Positions 46,754 to 56,070 of a DNA stretch of 64,000 nucleotides are shown here, one piece after another; the stretch's first letter is position 1; every line of letters begins with the position of its first letter. Both the position numbers and the translations under genes were made by a program. Source of the DNA: Candidatus Bilamarchaeum sp. (GTDB lineage Archaea > Micrarchaeota > Micrarchaeia > Anstonellales > Bilamarchaeaceae); the NCBI GenBank assembly GCA_035455205.1, contig DATIFM010000008.1, positions 13,146-77,145 on the forward strand, given 5' to 3'. Below the pieces are notes generated by a model. The model did not search any database and was not told the DNA's origin. It saw only the letters and a program-made list of their open reading frames with translations.

Positions 46754-47203
46754 TCAGCCATCCGGAATTACTGGCTCGACTAATTTTGCCAGTTTTTCCA
46801 ATGACTCCTGCCATCCAAGATAGCACATTTCAGCCGGTATGACAGCCGGAATGCCTTCCTGGACAACTTTAAGCTCCGTCCCGCAGGAAACCTTCTTCAG
46901 CCAGACCGAAGTGACCATTTCCCCGGGCAAATCTGGGTTATCGAATTTGTCGGTGTATTTCAAGAACTCGTTTGGCTTCAGTTCGAGATATTTTCCGCCG
47001 AAGGAATGCCCGTTGCCGGTAGAAAAATTGATGAATGACATTTTGTAATTTCCGTCCACTTTAACTTCCATGCTGTGGACAACGCACACGAAACCGTAGG
47101 GCGGAATCCAGGATGCGAGCGCATTGGCCTCGGTAAAGGCGCGATAGACCTTTTCAGGTGGTGCTTTGAGTACTCTATGCAAGGTAACGCTGTTGCCTGT
47201 CAT
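46754..47203 (-). CDS. SRPBCC/AHSA1-like protein
   Basis: LHRVLKAPPEKVYRAF, W.PP.G, G.YLELKP, GTEL, GWQESL.KL. Confidence 0.88.
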   Translation of the reverse strand: MTGNSVTLHRVLKAPPEKVYRAFTEANALASWIPPYGFVCVVHSMEVKVDGNYKMSFINFSTGNGHSFGGKYLELKPNEFLKYTDKFDNPDLPGEMVTSVWLKKVSCGTELKVVQEGIPAVIPAEMCYLGWQESLEKLAKLVEPVIPDG

Positions 47204-47319
47204 GTCCGGTTTTTACAAATAAAATTTATATACACGCCGCATTGAGAGCGGTTAAGTTAACCTCGGTAAATTAGCAGATTTAAAATTATGGAGGAAAATT
47301 GAAAACGGGCTGATGAAGT

Positions 47320-47634
47320 ATGATAGAAGGAAAAATCGCTACGGGCGTTGTGCACAGCGTGCCACCGGATTTGCGAAAAGAACTCTCTTCCGATCCGGAC
47401 GCACTTGCAAAATGGAACAGCTTAACGCCGCTTGCGCGCAATGAATGGATATGCTGGGTGACCTCGGTTAAAAAGCCGGAAACCAGAAGAGAGCATGTTG
47501 AAAGGGTGTGCCCGGAGCTTAAGGAGGGCATGCGCCGCCCTTGTTGCTGGATAGGCTGTATCCACCGCAAGGATAAGTCAGTTAGCCCTTCGGTGCGGCA
47601 TTTGCTGGATAGGCGAGCCAAGAAGAAAGACTAG
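47320..47634 (+). CDS. YdeI/OmpD-associated family protein
   Basis: VPPDL...L, W..LTPLARNEWICWV.S.KK.ETR, RRPCCW.GC. Confidence 0.85.
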   Translation: MIEGKIATGVVHSVPPDLRKELSSDPDALAKWNSLTPLARNEWICWVTSVKKPETRREHVERVCPELKEGMRRPCCWIGCIHRKDKSVSPSVRHLLDRRAKKKD

Positions 47635-47700
47635 AACCCCGGGTCTGACTAAACCCGGGGCGTTTTGATTGACCGGGCAAAAATGCCCGGCAGGAAAAGA

Positions 47701-48117
47701 CTACTTTTTCTTCTCCGGCTTACCCATCATCGGCTGGAGCAGGCTCAGGGTGTTCCCTTCGGTGTCCGTGAATGACACGTAGGCGCCGACGCCGGGGATG
47801 TCCATCGGCTTGCCGTGGATTTTCCCACCGGCCTTCTCCACTATCTTCATGTGCTCGTTTATGTCGTCAACCGCGATGACGACTGATGGGTGCGCCTCGC
47901 CCATATCCTTGGTCTTCTCGTAAAGCCCGCCGTTTATCGAGCCGGGGTTTTTCGGGCGGCCGTCCTTGCCGGATTCGCTCGTAGTCACGACCACGTAGTT
48001 GCCCATGTCTGGGCCCATCTGGTCCGCCTTCCAGCCGAAAACTTTCGTATAGAACTCCACCATCCGCTTCCTGTCCTCTGCCGGCAGTTCAAAATGCACA
48101 ACTGGGTTCATCTTCAT
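47701..48117 (-). CDS. VOC/glyoxalase family protein
   Basis: VVHFELPA.D, FY.KVFGW, INGGL, VDDI, AGG, IPGVG, DTEGN. Confidence 0.9.
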   Translation of the reverse strand: MKMNPVVHFELPAEDRKRMVEFYTKVFGWKADQMGPDMGNYVVVTTSESGKDGRPKNPGSINGGLYEKTKDMGEAHPSVVIAVDDINEHMKIVEKAGGKIHGKPMDIPGVGAYVSFTDTEGNTLSLLQPMMGKPEKKK

Positions 48118-48176
48118 TCCATCACCTGATTTTATCAAAGTAAAGTAGATTTTAAATCCGTGCGGAGCCGCTCCGC

Positions 48177-48455
48177 TCAGTTACTGACTTTTTTGAAAGA
48201 GAGGCCCTTGTCCTTCAATGCCCGCCTCAGCTTCAGGACGGCATCAGGGCCCACGCCGTGGAGCGCCAGGACTTCCGCTTCGGTGCGCTTTGCAAGCTGT
48301 GCGAGGTTCCGGATTTTTGCCCCCGACAGGGCGCGAAGCGCGGGGGAGGCGAGCTTTGGAAAGTCGCTTTGCATCCTGAAGCCGGGCCAGCATTTGGGGC
48401 AGACGGGGCAATCGCTATTGAACACGTGACCGCGGCTGCAGGTCTTTTTCACCAT
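48177..48455 (-). CDS. Small protein with an N-terminal Cys/His Zn site and an RNA polymerase alpha-CTD-like (HhH) domain
   Basis: CSRGH...CPVCPKC, then LASPALRAL..A.I..L.QL...TEAEVLALHGVGP. Confidence 0.8.
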   Translation of the reverse strand: MVKKTCSRGHVFNSDCPVCPKCWPGFRMQSDFPKLASPALRALSGAKIRNLAQLAKRTEAEVLALHGVGPDAVLKLRRALKDKGLSFKKVSN

Positions 48456-48550
48456 TAAGATTCCTTCAGCAGGAAAAAATAAAAGCCGGTCCGGAACCAG
48501 GCGCAGTTTGCGGCTCGTGTGGGTTTCCCCGGAGCACTGATTCGGCAGGC

Positions 48551-49109
48551 AATTCGTTGATTGTGGAAACAGCTGGGGGCCGGGTTTAAATACGCCCGGC
48601 GCCATGCCAGTCTGTGATTAAGATGAAAAAACGCATGGCGGCAGAAAAACCCGCAACGAACACTGCAAAGGCCGCCACCAGCAGGAGTGCCGAAGGCGCG
48701 GCGGTTTTCGGCTCCGCCCTGCCCCCTGACAAGGCCGCCGAACTCGTAAGCGACCTCGAATCGGACGAACTCTCGAGGAGCCTTGTGGCTGCGGCTGAAA
48801 TAATCGAGAACTACAGGGCAGTGGCAGGAGCGGCCGCGGTAAACCCAGAATTGAACATGACAAGAATCAACGTGATGCTCAATGATATTTTTGAGAAAAA
48901 TATCTCGAAGATCGTCGAGATTCTCTCCGAACAGGGGCTCAGGTTTTTGGCCGAATCGTCGGTAATCAGCTCCATGGCGGTAAAAGATGCCGCGAAAAAG
49001 CGGCTGATGTCGGCACAATAGACGCTTCGCCCGGTTTCCGGCCGGGCTATTCCGGAACTCACTGGAATTCCACGATTGTGGAAGCAGAAATCGTCGATTG
49101 TGGAACGTA
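48551..49109 (+). promoter_or_regulatory. Three copies of a ~22-bp motif (core GATTGTGGAA), putative operator
   Basis: Copies start at 48551, 49066 and 49088; all are intergenic and upstream of AT-rich TATA-like boxes. Confidence 0.55.
48623..49021 (+). CDS. Hypothetical protein
   Basis: 132-aa ORF downstream of TTTAAATA. Confidence 0.6.
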   Translation: MKKRMAAEKPATNTAKAATSRSAEGAAVFGSALPPDKAAELVSDLESDELSRSLVAAAEIIENYRAVAGAAAVNPELNMTRINVMLNDIFEKNISKIVEILSEQGLRFLAESSVISSMAVKDAAKKRLMSAQ

Positions 49110-49192
49110 TTGGTTAATATATTTCAAAGAAGATTTTCTATAAGAGGCATGGGCGCAGGGAGAGCTACGGGGCTGAACCAGAGGAAGGTGGC

Positions 49193-49588
49193 ATGAAGGA
49201 AATCACTATAATAGAAAACGATAGGCTCGGGCTGGTTGCAGATGTTTTGGGGATTCTGGAAAAGGCGGGCATGGAGATTGTTTCCCTGAACATACAGATT
49301 GTGACTGACAAAGCAATAATAACGGCCGGCCTGAGCGATGCAGAAAAAGGCAAGGGATTGCTGGAAGCGGAAGGGTATGAAGTTGAAGACATAAATTCGT
49401 TCGTCGTGAGGCTGGGAAAAGGGGGAATCGGCCGGCTAATTTCAAAACTCCGAAAATGCGGGGCGGAAATCCTGAAGTCCAGGGAGATTTGTACTGATGC
49501 CGAGTTCGTTGTGTATTCTATCGTCGTTGACGATCCAGCCAGGGCGGCACAGACGCTTAAGGGACTCCTGCTCGCAAGCAGGTCGTAG
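49193..49588 (+). CDS. Tandem ACT-domain protein
   Basis: ITII.NDRLGLVADV..IL.KAG.EI, followed by a second repeat ending VVDDP.RA...L. Confidence 0.78.
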   Translation: MKEITIIENDRLGLVADVLGILEKAGMEIVSLNIQIVTDKAIITAGLSDAEKGKGLLEAEGYEVEDINSFVVRLGKGGIGRLISKLRKCGAEILKSREICTDAEFVVYSIVVDDPARAAQTLKGLLLASRS

Positions 49589-49647
49589 TAGGAAGTACGA
49601 CTCGGGAAGCGCAGGCAGGAGCGCATCAGATTGGGAGGAGTTGCCAA

Positions 49648-50622
49648 GTGGAAGGACCGATATCAAGATACATGGAAAGGAATTTCAGGCATTTCAATGC
49701 CGGGGAGCTTCTGGAGGCCGCGAAGGCATACAGGGCGCATATCGCAGCAGGGGGTAAAATGTTCCTGGCGATGGCCGGGGCGATGAGCACAGCCGAGCTC
49801 GGGATTAGCCTCGCCCAGATGATAAGAAGCGGGATGGTCCACGCGATATCCACAACGGGAGCGAACCTCGAGGAGGACATTTTCAACCTAGTCGCCCGCA
49901 ATGAATACGTGATGGTCAGAAATTATCGCGACCTGACTCCCGAGGACGAGCTTGGGCTCCTCAAAAGGGGGCTCAACAGGGTTACGGACACGTGCATCCC
50001 CGAGGAAGCTGCCATGCGAAAGATAGAGAGGCTCATCATAGAGATATGGAAGAAGCACGACAAGGAGGGGGCACCAGCCTTTCCCCACGAATATGTCTAC
50101 GAATTGATTCGCTCTGGAAGCCTGGAAAAGCTATACCAGGCCGACCCGATGGACAGCTGGGTCCTAGCTGCATGCGAGAAGGGAATCCCGATTTTCGTGC
50201 CGGGATGGGCAGATTCCACTCTCGGCAACGTATTTGTCGCCGAACACCTCAAGGGAGGCATTAGGAATACCGGCATAGTGAAGGAGAGCCTCGCATACAT
50301 GAAGGAGCTCGTAGGCTGGTACCAAAAGGAATCGGCGGACAGCAAAATCGGCTTTTTCCAGATTGGCGGGGGGATAGCTGGCGATTTCCCCATCTGCGCA
50401 GTTCCACTGATCAATCAGGACATTCACCTGAAGAACGTGCCCATATGGTCCTATTTCTGCCAGATAAGCGACTCAACTACCAGCTATGGCTCATATTCGG
50501 GCGCAGTCCCCAACGAGAAAATCACATGGGGCAAGCTGATGCCTGACTCCCCCCGCTTCATGATAGAGTCAGATGCCACCATCGTCGCCCCCCTCCTTTT
50601 CGCCTACGTTCTCGGGCAATGA
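49648..50622 (+). CDS. Deoxyhypusine synthase-family protein (bacterial-like clade)
   Basis: AGAMSTAELG, TGANLEED, NRVTDTCIPEE, DSTLGN, QIGGGIAGDFPIC, YGSYSGA.PNEKITWGK, ESDATIVAP. Confidence 0.9.
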   Translation: MEGPISRYMERNFRHFNAGELLEAAKAYRAHIAAGGKMFLAMAGAMSTAELGISLAQMIRSGMVHAISTTGANLEEDIFNLVARNEYVMVRNYRDLTPEDELGLLKRGLNRVTDTCIPEEAAMRKIERLIIEIWKKHDKEGAPAFPHEYVYELIRSGSLEKLYQADPMDSWVLAACEKGIPIFVPGWADSTLGNVFVAEHLKGGIRNTGIVKESLAYMKELVGWYQKESADSKIGFFQIGGGIAGDFPICAVPLINQDIHLKNVPIWSYFCQISDSTTSYGSYSGAVPNEKITWGKLMPDSPRFMIESDATIVAPLLFAYVLGQ

Positions 50623-51945
50623 TGCGTCATTAGGCTCGCCGGTTTGGCCATCATCAGGAGAGGAATGCTCCGCGCCGCCCTTGGGGGGTTCGTCGGCTAC
50701 GGCGGCTTCCGACTCTTCGATTATTTCCTCCAGCTCATTTCCGGAGCCGGCCGCGGTTTTCCGGTCCGGCCGGTCGTAATGGAAAATCCCGAGAGTGGCG
50801 ACGATGTTCGACAGGAGTATGACCCCGAACACGACCTGCTGGAAATTGGGGATTGATATTCCGCTAGCAAGAGGCAGGGAGGCAAGTACTGCGGCCGCAA
50901 GACCGCGGGGGAGCATCGCAACGACGATTTTTCTGTCTTTCTCGGGAAAATCCCCTAGAGTGATTTTCTGAACAAGCCAGCGGGAAAACGCGAAAAGGAC
51001 GAGAAGCGACAGCGACAGGACAAGGACTTCCAAGTTGAAGTAGCTAGGCGAGAGCAGGAGGCCAAGATAGACGAAGAAGAAAGTGCGCACGAAAAACGTG
51101 ATTTCCTCCTGGAAAAGCCTTATCATCGGGCTTATCTTGAATTTGTGCCCAAGTCGCAGGAGCTGGCCGAGTTCCTTCGAGTTTCCCAGTATCATGCCGA
51201 ATACGAAGACCGCGAACCCGCCGTTCCCTTTCACTGCCTCGGTGACCGAGTAAAGGCCGAACACGAGCGCCAGGGTAAGCATGTATGAATATTTGGAGAC
51301 CGAGAAACGGGAGCTCACGGCTATCCACAGGATGGCTCCGACTGCCCCGAGGGCAATCGCGAATGAGAAGGAAGATAAGAGCAGGCCTGCAATCGTTCCC
51401 GCGCCGGGAGTCTCGCCAGCTAGAATGAGCTGGATTGTTAAGGCGGCGGCGATTATGCAGAGGGCGTCGGTTATCGTCGATTCGATCGTAAGGAGGGATT
51501 TCGATTCCTTGCCGATGTTAGTTTTTTCGACCATCGTTATGACTATGGCCGAACTCGTTCCGCCCGCTACGGCGCCAAGTAGTATGCCGTGGAGAAGGGG
51601 CCAGCCGAGCGCGGCGACGCTGAAGACCGCGACGAGGCCGACGCTGACGATGAAGACGAGGAACGTGAAAAGGGTGCTGCGTGGGATTGCGCGCGCTACA
51701 GAGAATATGTCGATCATCAGGCCAGCATCGAAAAGGAGCACGATGAGGGCGAGGGTGGCCACGAATGGCAATATCGACACGATAACCGAGTCAGGGCCGG
51801 CATCCACCAAGTGGAGGACTGGGCCGAGAAGGAACCCGAACAGCATCAGGATAAGCACCTGTGATATCCGGGTTTTCTCGAAAAAAATCAACGCGAAGAA
51901 ACCGATGAGGATGGTCAGCCCCATCTCGAAGAACAGCTCGAACAT
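50569..51945 (-). CDS. CPA1 (NhaP-type) cation:proton antiporter
   Basis: Multiple TM segments; LFDAG, TSSAIV, IESTITD, FFFVYLG, PRGLAAAVLA. Confidence 0.9.
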   Translation of the reverse strand: MFELFFEMGLTILIGFFALIFFEKTRISQVLILMLFGFLLGPVLHLVDAGPDSVIVSILPFVATLALIVLLFDAGLMIDIFSVARAIPRSTLFTFLVFIVSVGLVAVFSVAALGWPLLHGILLGAVAGGTSSAIVITMVEKTNIGKESKSLLTIESTITDALCIIAAALTIQLILAGETPGAGTIAGLLLSSFSFAIALGAVGAILWIAVSSRFSVSKYSYMLTLALVFGLYSVTEAVKGNGGFAVFVFGMILGNSKELGQLLRLGHKFKISPMIRLFQEEITFFVRTFFFVYLGLLLSPSYFNLEVLVLSLSLLVLFAFSRWLVQKITLGDFPEKDRKIVVAMLPRGLAAAVLASLPLASGISIPNFQQVVFGVILLSNIVATLGIFHYDRPDRKTAAGSGNELEEIIEESEAAVADEPPKGGAEHSSPDDGQTGEPNDASLPENVGEKEGGDDGGI

Positions 51946-52037
51946 GTCTCTGATTAACCCCGTATCCCTTAAAAAGCGGCCGAGGGAAGGGGCAGGGATA
52001 AAAGGCAGGACGGGGAATCGGAGCAACAGGTGATGGA

Positions 52038-52970
52038 ATGAAAGCCGCTCAAATAAGCAAGTACGGAGAGAGCAGCGTGGAGATTAACGATGTAGGCAGG
52101 CCTGAGCCGGGCGAGGGCGAAATCCTCGTAGAGGTGCACGCTGCGGGCGTGAACCCGTTCGACTGGAAGATACGCGACGGAATGTACGAGAAGATGATGC
52201 CGCTCAAGCTTCCGGCGACGCTCGGCGGGGATTTTTCAGGGCTCGTCGCGGCCGTGGGAGCGAATGTTTCCGGATTCAAAAAAGGCGACGGCGTCTTCGG
52301 CTCGGCCAACGTGCTTTCGGGAGGCTCGGGCGCTTTCGCCGAATTCGCGATAGCGAAGACCAAAAATGCCGCCCTCAAGCCGAAAAAGGCAGGCCACACA
52401 GAAGCCGGGGCGATGCCCCTGACCGGCGCGAGCGCGCTGCAGGGGCTCGTCGACCACATGAAGCTCGGCAGGGGCCAGAAGGTCCTCATACATGGCGGCG
52501 CGGGAGGAATCGGCACCGCGGCCATACAGATAGCAAAGGACATCGGCGCCTATGTGGCTGCGACCGCCGGGGAAAAGGATTTGGAGTTCGTGAAGTCCCT
52601 GGGCGCGGATGAGGCGATAGACTACAGGGGCCAGCGGTTCGAGAAGCTGCTCGAAGGCTTCGACGCCGTATTCGACACGGTCGGCGGGGAAACATACGCG
52701 AAGTCGTTCATGGTCCTCAAAAAGGGCGGCGTCATAGTGTCGATGCTCGAGCAGCCGAGGCAGGAGCTGATGGAACAGTACGGGGTAAGCGCGATTGCGC
52801 AGGGGACGCATGTTACCGGCGAGCGCCTCGCGAAGCTGGCCTCCCTCATAGACAGGGGAGTCGTCAGGGCGCACATAGACAAGGCATTCCCCCTCGCCAA
52901 GGCGGCCGAGGCGCTCGACTACCAGAAGAAGGGGCACCCGAGGGGCAAGGTAGTGCTTGAGATGAAATAG
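52038..52970 (+). CDS. NADPH:quinone oxidoreductase-like MDR protein
   Basis: AAGVNPFDWK, GGDFSG, HGGAGGIG, GHPRGKVV. Confidence 0.92.
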   Translation: MKAAQISKYGESSVEINDVGRPEPGEGEILVEVHAAGVNPFDWKIRDGMYEKMMPLKLPATLGGDFSGLVAAVGANVSGFKKGDGVFGSANVLSGGSGAFAEFAIAKTKNAALKPKKAGHTEAGAMPLTGASALQGLVDHMKLGRGQKVLIHGGAGGIGTAAIQIAKDIGAYVAATAGEKDLEFVKSLGADEAIDYRGQRFEKLLEGFDAVFDTVGGETYAKSFMVLKKGGVIVSMLEQPRQELMEQYGVSAIAQGTHVTGERLAKLASLIDRGVVRAHIDKAFPLAKAAEALDYQKKGHPRGKVVLEMK

Positions 52971-54032
52971 TCAGGTCTCGACGGCGAGGACTTCCCCGGT
53001 CGCCCTGTCGATAATCACGTCGGTTTCAGGCCCGGAGTCGGCGTCTATCTGGATGACATAGCAGAGCTTTCCGAACTTCTTTTCCATCTCGACGTCCGTA
53101 ACTTTCCCGGGAACCCTTTCGAGCGCAATCTGCCGCGCCTCCTGCTCGGTTATGTTCGCCTTCGTTTCGGGCGCGGGGGCAACCGAAGGGGACGGCGAGG
53201 CGCCGTACTCGACACTAACGAGCTCCTCCCTCTCTCCGTCCTCGACGACTATTTCCAGCGCGACTCCGCCGATATCCGCGCAATAGAACTTGTGCTCATC
53301 CGCCCCCGGCTCGAGGGGCGTCCAGTCCCGCGTCTTGATGCAGCCGGTGAAATTCCCGTAAGGAACCGAAACGGACTCGTTAAGGGAAAGGACATCCGCA
53401 GTGTCCTCGGCCTCACCCGCATAGTATTCCTGCAGGTAGGACCGGCCGATTTCCGGATTCGCCAGCATGATTATGCCCGGCTTTGCCCCGTCCACGCCGG
53501 CTTCCCATGAGCCGGAAGTCGTGGTAACAACGCCGCCCGAAAGCTCCTTGGTATCTTCTCCGAAATACCAGACGCTGCCTTCCCTGTCCTGCGCATAATA
53601 GTCGCGCGTGTCCTCAATCAGGTCGCCCTCGAGCCATACGCGGTCCCAGACGACGACGGTGCGCACGCCCATCACCATCCTCGTCTCGCTGGTGACAAAT
53701 AGCTCGGCCCGCTCGAGGCCGTCCTCGGTCTGAGACTCGAAAACCATCTTTTTGCCGGGCGTGAGCGAGAAATATTTGTTGGTTATGTTCGACGTGAAAT
53801 CCTGAGCGCGGATTTCGGGGTTGTAAGGCGGCGCACTCGTATTTGTCTGGTTTGACGGTGGTGGAGTAGCGGGGGGCGTAGCGTTCTGGGGCGGCACAGG
53901 AGGCGGGTTCGGGGCAGTTGGAGTGATGTTGGTAAGGTTTTCCTGAGGCTTTGGCGCCTGCGCGCAGCCGAAAACCGAGAATGCCAGAACCACCGCCAGA
54001 AGAATCCAGATAATTTTCACCATTCGCTTCAA
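52971..54032 (-). CDS. Lipoprotein with a C-terminal PepSY domain
   Basis: SVFGC lipobox, Pro-rich linker, D.YAQD..G.VWYFGE core, and C-terminal ITEQEARQIALERVPGKV...V.ID..TGEVL. Confidence 0.82.
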   Translation of the reverse strand: MKRMVKIIWILLAVVLAFSVFGCAQAPKPQENLTNITPTAPNPPPVPPQNATPPATPPPSNQTNTSAPPYNPEIRAQDFTSNITNKYFSLTPGKKMVFESQTEDGLERAELFVTSETRMVMGVRTVVVWDRVWLEGDLIEDTRDYYAQDREGSVWYFGEDTKELSGGVVTTTSGSWEAGVDGAKPGIIMLANPEIGRSYLQEYYAGEAEDTADVLSLNESVSVPYGNFTGCIKTRDWTPLEPGADEHKFYCADIGGVALEIVVEDGEREELVSVEYGASPSPSVAPAPETKANITEQEARQIALERVPGKVTDVEMEKKFGKLCYVIQIDADSGPETDVIIDRATGEVLAVET

Positions 54033-54088
54033 CTCCGTGAGAAGTATTTTTTCCGGCAGTTTAAATATGCCTTAGTCCAACAATAGAA

Positions 54089-54625
54089 CTATCCCCACAT
54101 TTCGATGACATTGTTGACGAGCGAATCCAGGAAGCTCTCGCGGTAAGCGATGAGCAGGCCGATTATTGCATCCTTTTCCGGAACAAGCCGGTAAAACGTC
54201 TTTCTTCCCTCCCTCCTGGACTTGATTATGCCGCGCTCTTCGAGTTTTTTCATGTGCCATGTCGCTGTCGATGGGGAAATCCCGGCCTTTCGGGCCAGCA
54301 AATCGTTATTGCAGTTGTCGTGGATAAGCAGGGTCAGGATTATGGCTCTCAGGGTCTTCTGCCGGAGCAAGCCGATAAGCTTCTTTTTGCCCGGGTCGAA
54401 GGCACGCGGATAATACCTCACGTTGTTGCCATCCTTCTGCTCGGAAATGAGCCCGTGCTTCGCAAGGTACGAGAGATGGTGCCGGACTGTCCCCGTGGGC
54501 AGTCCTGACCTCCGTTCAATTTCCCGGAAATGGCTTCCGGCGTGCTTCTCTACGGCTTCGAAAATCTTCCTTCGGGATTTCAACTGGAGGATTTTTTCGA
54601 TATCGCCGGAAAACGCATCCATCAT
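54089..54625 (-). CDS. Double winged-HTH transcription regulator (COG3398-like)
   Basis: R.KIF..V..H.G.HFREI......GT..HHL..L, with a second HTH STATWHMKKL...GII. Confidence 0.85.
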   Translation of the reverse strand: MMDAFSGDIEKILQLKSRRKIFEAVEKHAGSHFREIERRSGLPTGTVRHHLSYLAKHGLISEQKDGNNVRYYPRAFDPGKKKLIGLLRQKTLRAIILTLLIHDNCNNDLLARKAGISPSTATWHMKKLEERGIIKSRREGRKTFYRLVPEKDAIIGLLIAYRESFLDSLVNNVIEMWG

Positions 54626-54628
54626 GCT

Positions 54629-54976
54629 TCACTTCCTCAGTATACCCAGGAAGAAACTCAGGAGTATCGCAAAGTCCAGGAAGCTTGCAGCCGGATCGAT
54701 AAAGGCCCAGTCCTCCATGAAAAGCGCGGAAGCGAGCATGAAGCTTTTGACCGAGTAGAGGAAGAATGCCGCGCTCACGAAAACGAGCCTTTCGTTGCCG
54801 GAACGCCTGAATGCCATGAGGGTCAACGCGAGGAGGGCAGCGGAAAGGATGCCGCTGAGGAGATTCAGCAGCTTGTCCAGCTCAAGCCCCATGATGGAAA
54901 TATCGCCCTCGTCAAGCGCGAAGGCGCATTGGAAAAAGATGAGGGAGATCAGAAGAAAAAGAGCCGGCCGGTTCAT
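54629..54976 (-). CDS. Small multi-TM membrane protein, likely partner of the HTH regulator
   Basis: Three to four hydrophobic helices; AFRRSGN.RL.FV.AAF. Confidence 0.75.
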   Translation of the reverse strand: MNRPALFLLISLIFFQCAFALDEGDISIMGLELDKLLNLLSGILSAALLALTLMAFRRSGNERLVFVSAAFFLYSVKSFMLASALFMEDWAFIDPAASFLDFAILLSFFLGILRK

Positions 54977-55051
54977 CGCGGAACGTCCTGGTAAGTCCAT
55001 GATCTGCCTTGTGCACCCAGCCTTATATTGGTTGCCTGCCAAAGCCGGCAC

Positions 55052-55210
55052 ATGGGAATGAGCAAGAAGGACCTTTCGAGGAAGAAGGCTAACATAAAGG
55101 CAAAGCTCGAAGAGCTTGAGAAAAAAGCGAGGATGGACCCCCTCAAGAAGAACAAGGCGCTCCACGACGAAGTCGAGCAGCTGAAGAAGAAGCTCGCCGA
55201 GGCAGACTGA
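55052..55210 (+). CDS. Small basic coiled-coil protein
   Basis: MGMSKKDLSRKKANIKAKLEELEKKARMDPLKKN...; TTATA upstream. Confidence 0.75.
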   Translation: MGMSKKDLSRKKANIKAKLEELEKKARMDPLKKNKALHDEVEQLKKKLAEAD

Positions 55211-55212
55211 AC

Positions 55213-55581
55213 TCAGAACATGGTATTGTCGTTTGCCGACTTTTCGGGAATCTTCTGTATCACGTCCCAGTGCTCTTCGGCCTTCCCGTCCTTTATCCGG
55301 AAAATGTCAACGACCGCGCTCCCGCGGTCGTCCTTGGTGTACCGGTAGAGGGAGTGGACTATCACGAAGTCGCCGTCCGAGAAGATGCGCTTCAGCTCCC
55401 ATTTCAGGTCCGGGAACATCTTGTAGAATCCCGGAATCGCCTTCACGAACCCTGCGCGCCCCGTCGGGACGTCAGGATTGTGCTGGATGTACCTTTCGCT
55501 CAGCATCGCAGCCGCGGCATTCACGTCCTTCTTGTTGAAAGCCGTATCCAAAAGCTTCTTCACGAGTTCCTTGTTTTCCAT
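55213..55581 (-). CDS. SnoaL/NTF2-like protein
   Basis: NKELV, YIQHNP.VP.GR.GF, DGDFV.VH, VDIFRI.DGK..EHWDV.Q. Confidence 0.88.
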   Translation of the reverse strand: MENKELVKKLLDTAFNKKDVNAAAAMLSERYIQHNPDVPTGRAGFVKAIPGFYKMFPDLKWELKRIFSDGDFVIVHSLYRYTKDDRGSAVVDIFRIKDGKAEEHWDVIQKIPEKSANDNTMF

Positions 55582-55650
55582 AACATCCCTCACGGGCCTT
55601 ACTGCGCGAAGATTATAAACCCATTTTCCGAAAGTATCTGCGGTGAGAGT

Positions 55651-56028
55651 ATGGATGAAAGGAGGATAGCGCAGATTTCCGACGATGCGACGAGCGGCAG
55701 GATAACGTTCAATGAGGCGCTGAGGCTGCTGCGCGAGCAGGGCGTCCAGGGCTACAGGGTGGATGTGAACACGCACTCCAAGATATTCTTCGACGCAAAG
55801 AACACGTTCCTCAAGAAGGAGGAGGCTGACACGGCGCTGAGCCCGGCCTTCGACTGGAACCGCGTAAACGACGCCCTGCGGCAGATGCGCGAAGGAAGCC
55901 TGACCTTTGACGAATTCCTCGCGCGCCTCGGCGCGGCGGGGGTGTGCGAGCTTCTCGTGGACATCATCGGCAGGAGGGTCTTCTACCTCGGCCTGTACGA
56001 GAATTACGTCGAGCCCATACCCGCCTGA
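55651..56028 (+). CDS. DUF1398-like protein
   Basis: Internal duplication: G.ITF...L..L...GV.GY.VD and G.LTF.EF...L.AAGV....VD...R.V.Y. Confidence 0.7.
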   Translation: MDERRIAQISDDATSGRITFNEALRLLREQGVQGYRVDVNTHSKIFFDAKNTFLKKEEADTALSPAFDWNRVNDALRQMREGSLTFDEFLARLGAAGVCELLVDIIGRRVFYLGLYENYVEPIPA

Positions 56029-56070
56029 GCGACCATCCGCTCTTAAAATTTTGCCGGCGAAAACCGTGCA

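Larger units (their letters stand above)
46696..47680. mobile_element. Putative tRNA-Asn-anchored mini-island bounded by direct repeats
   Basis: CCCGGGGCGTTTTG at 46696-46709 and 47654-47667, extending to 23/27 identity; the enclosed DNA is visibly AT-richer. Confidence 0.55.
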
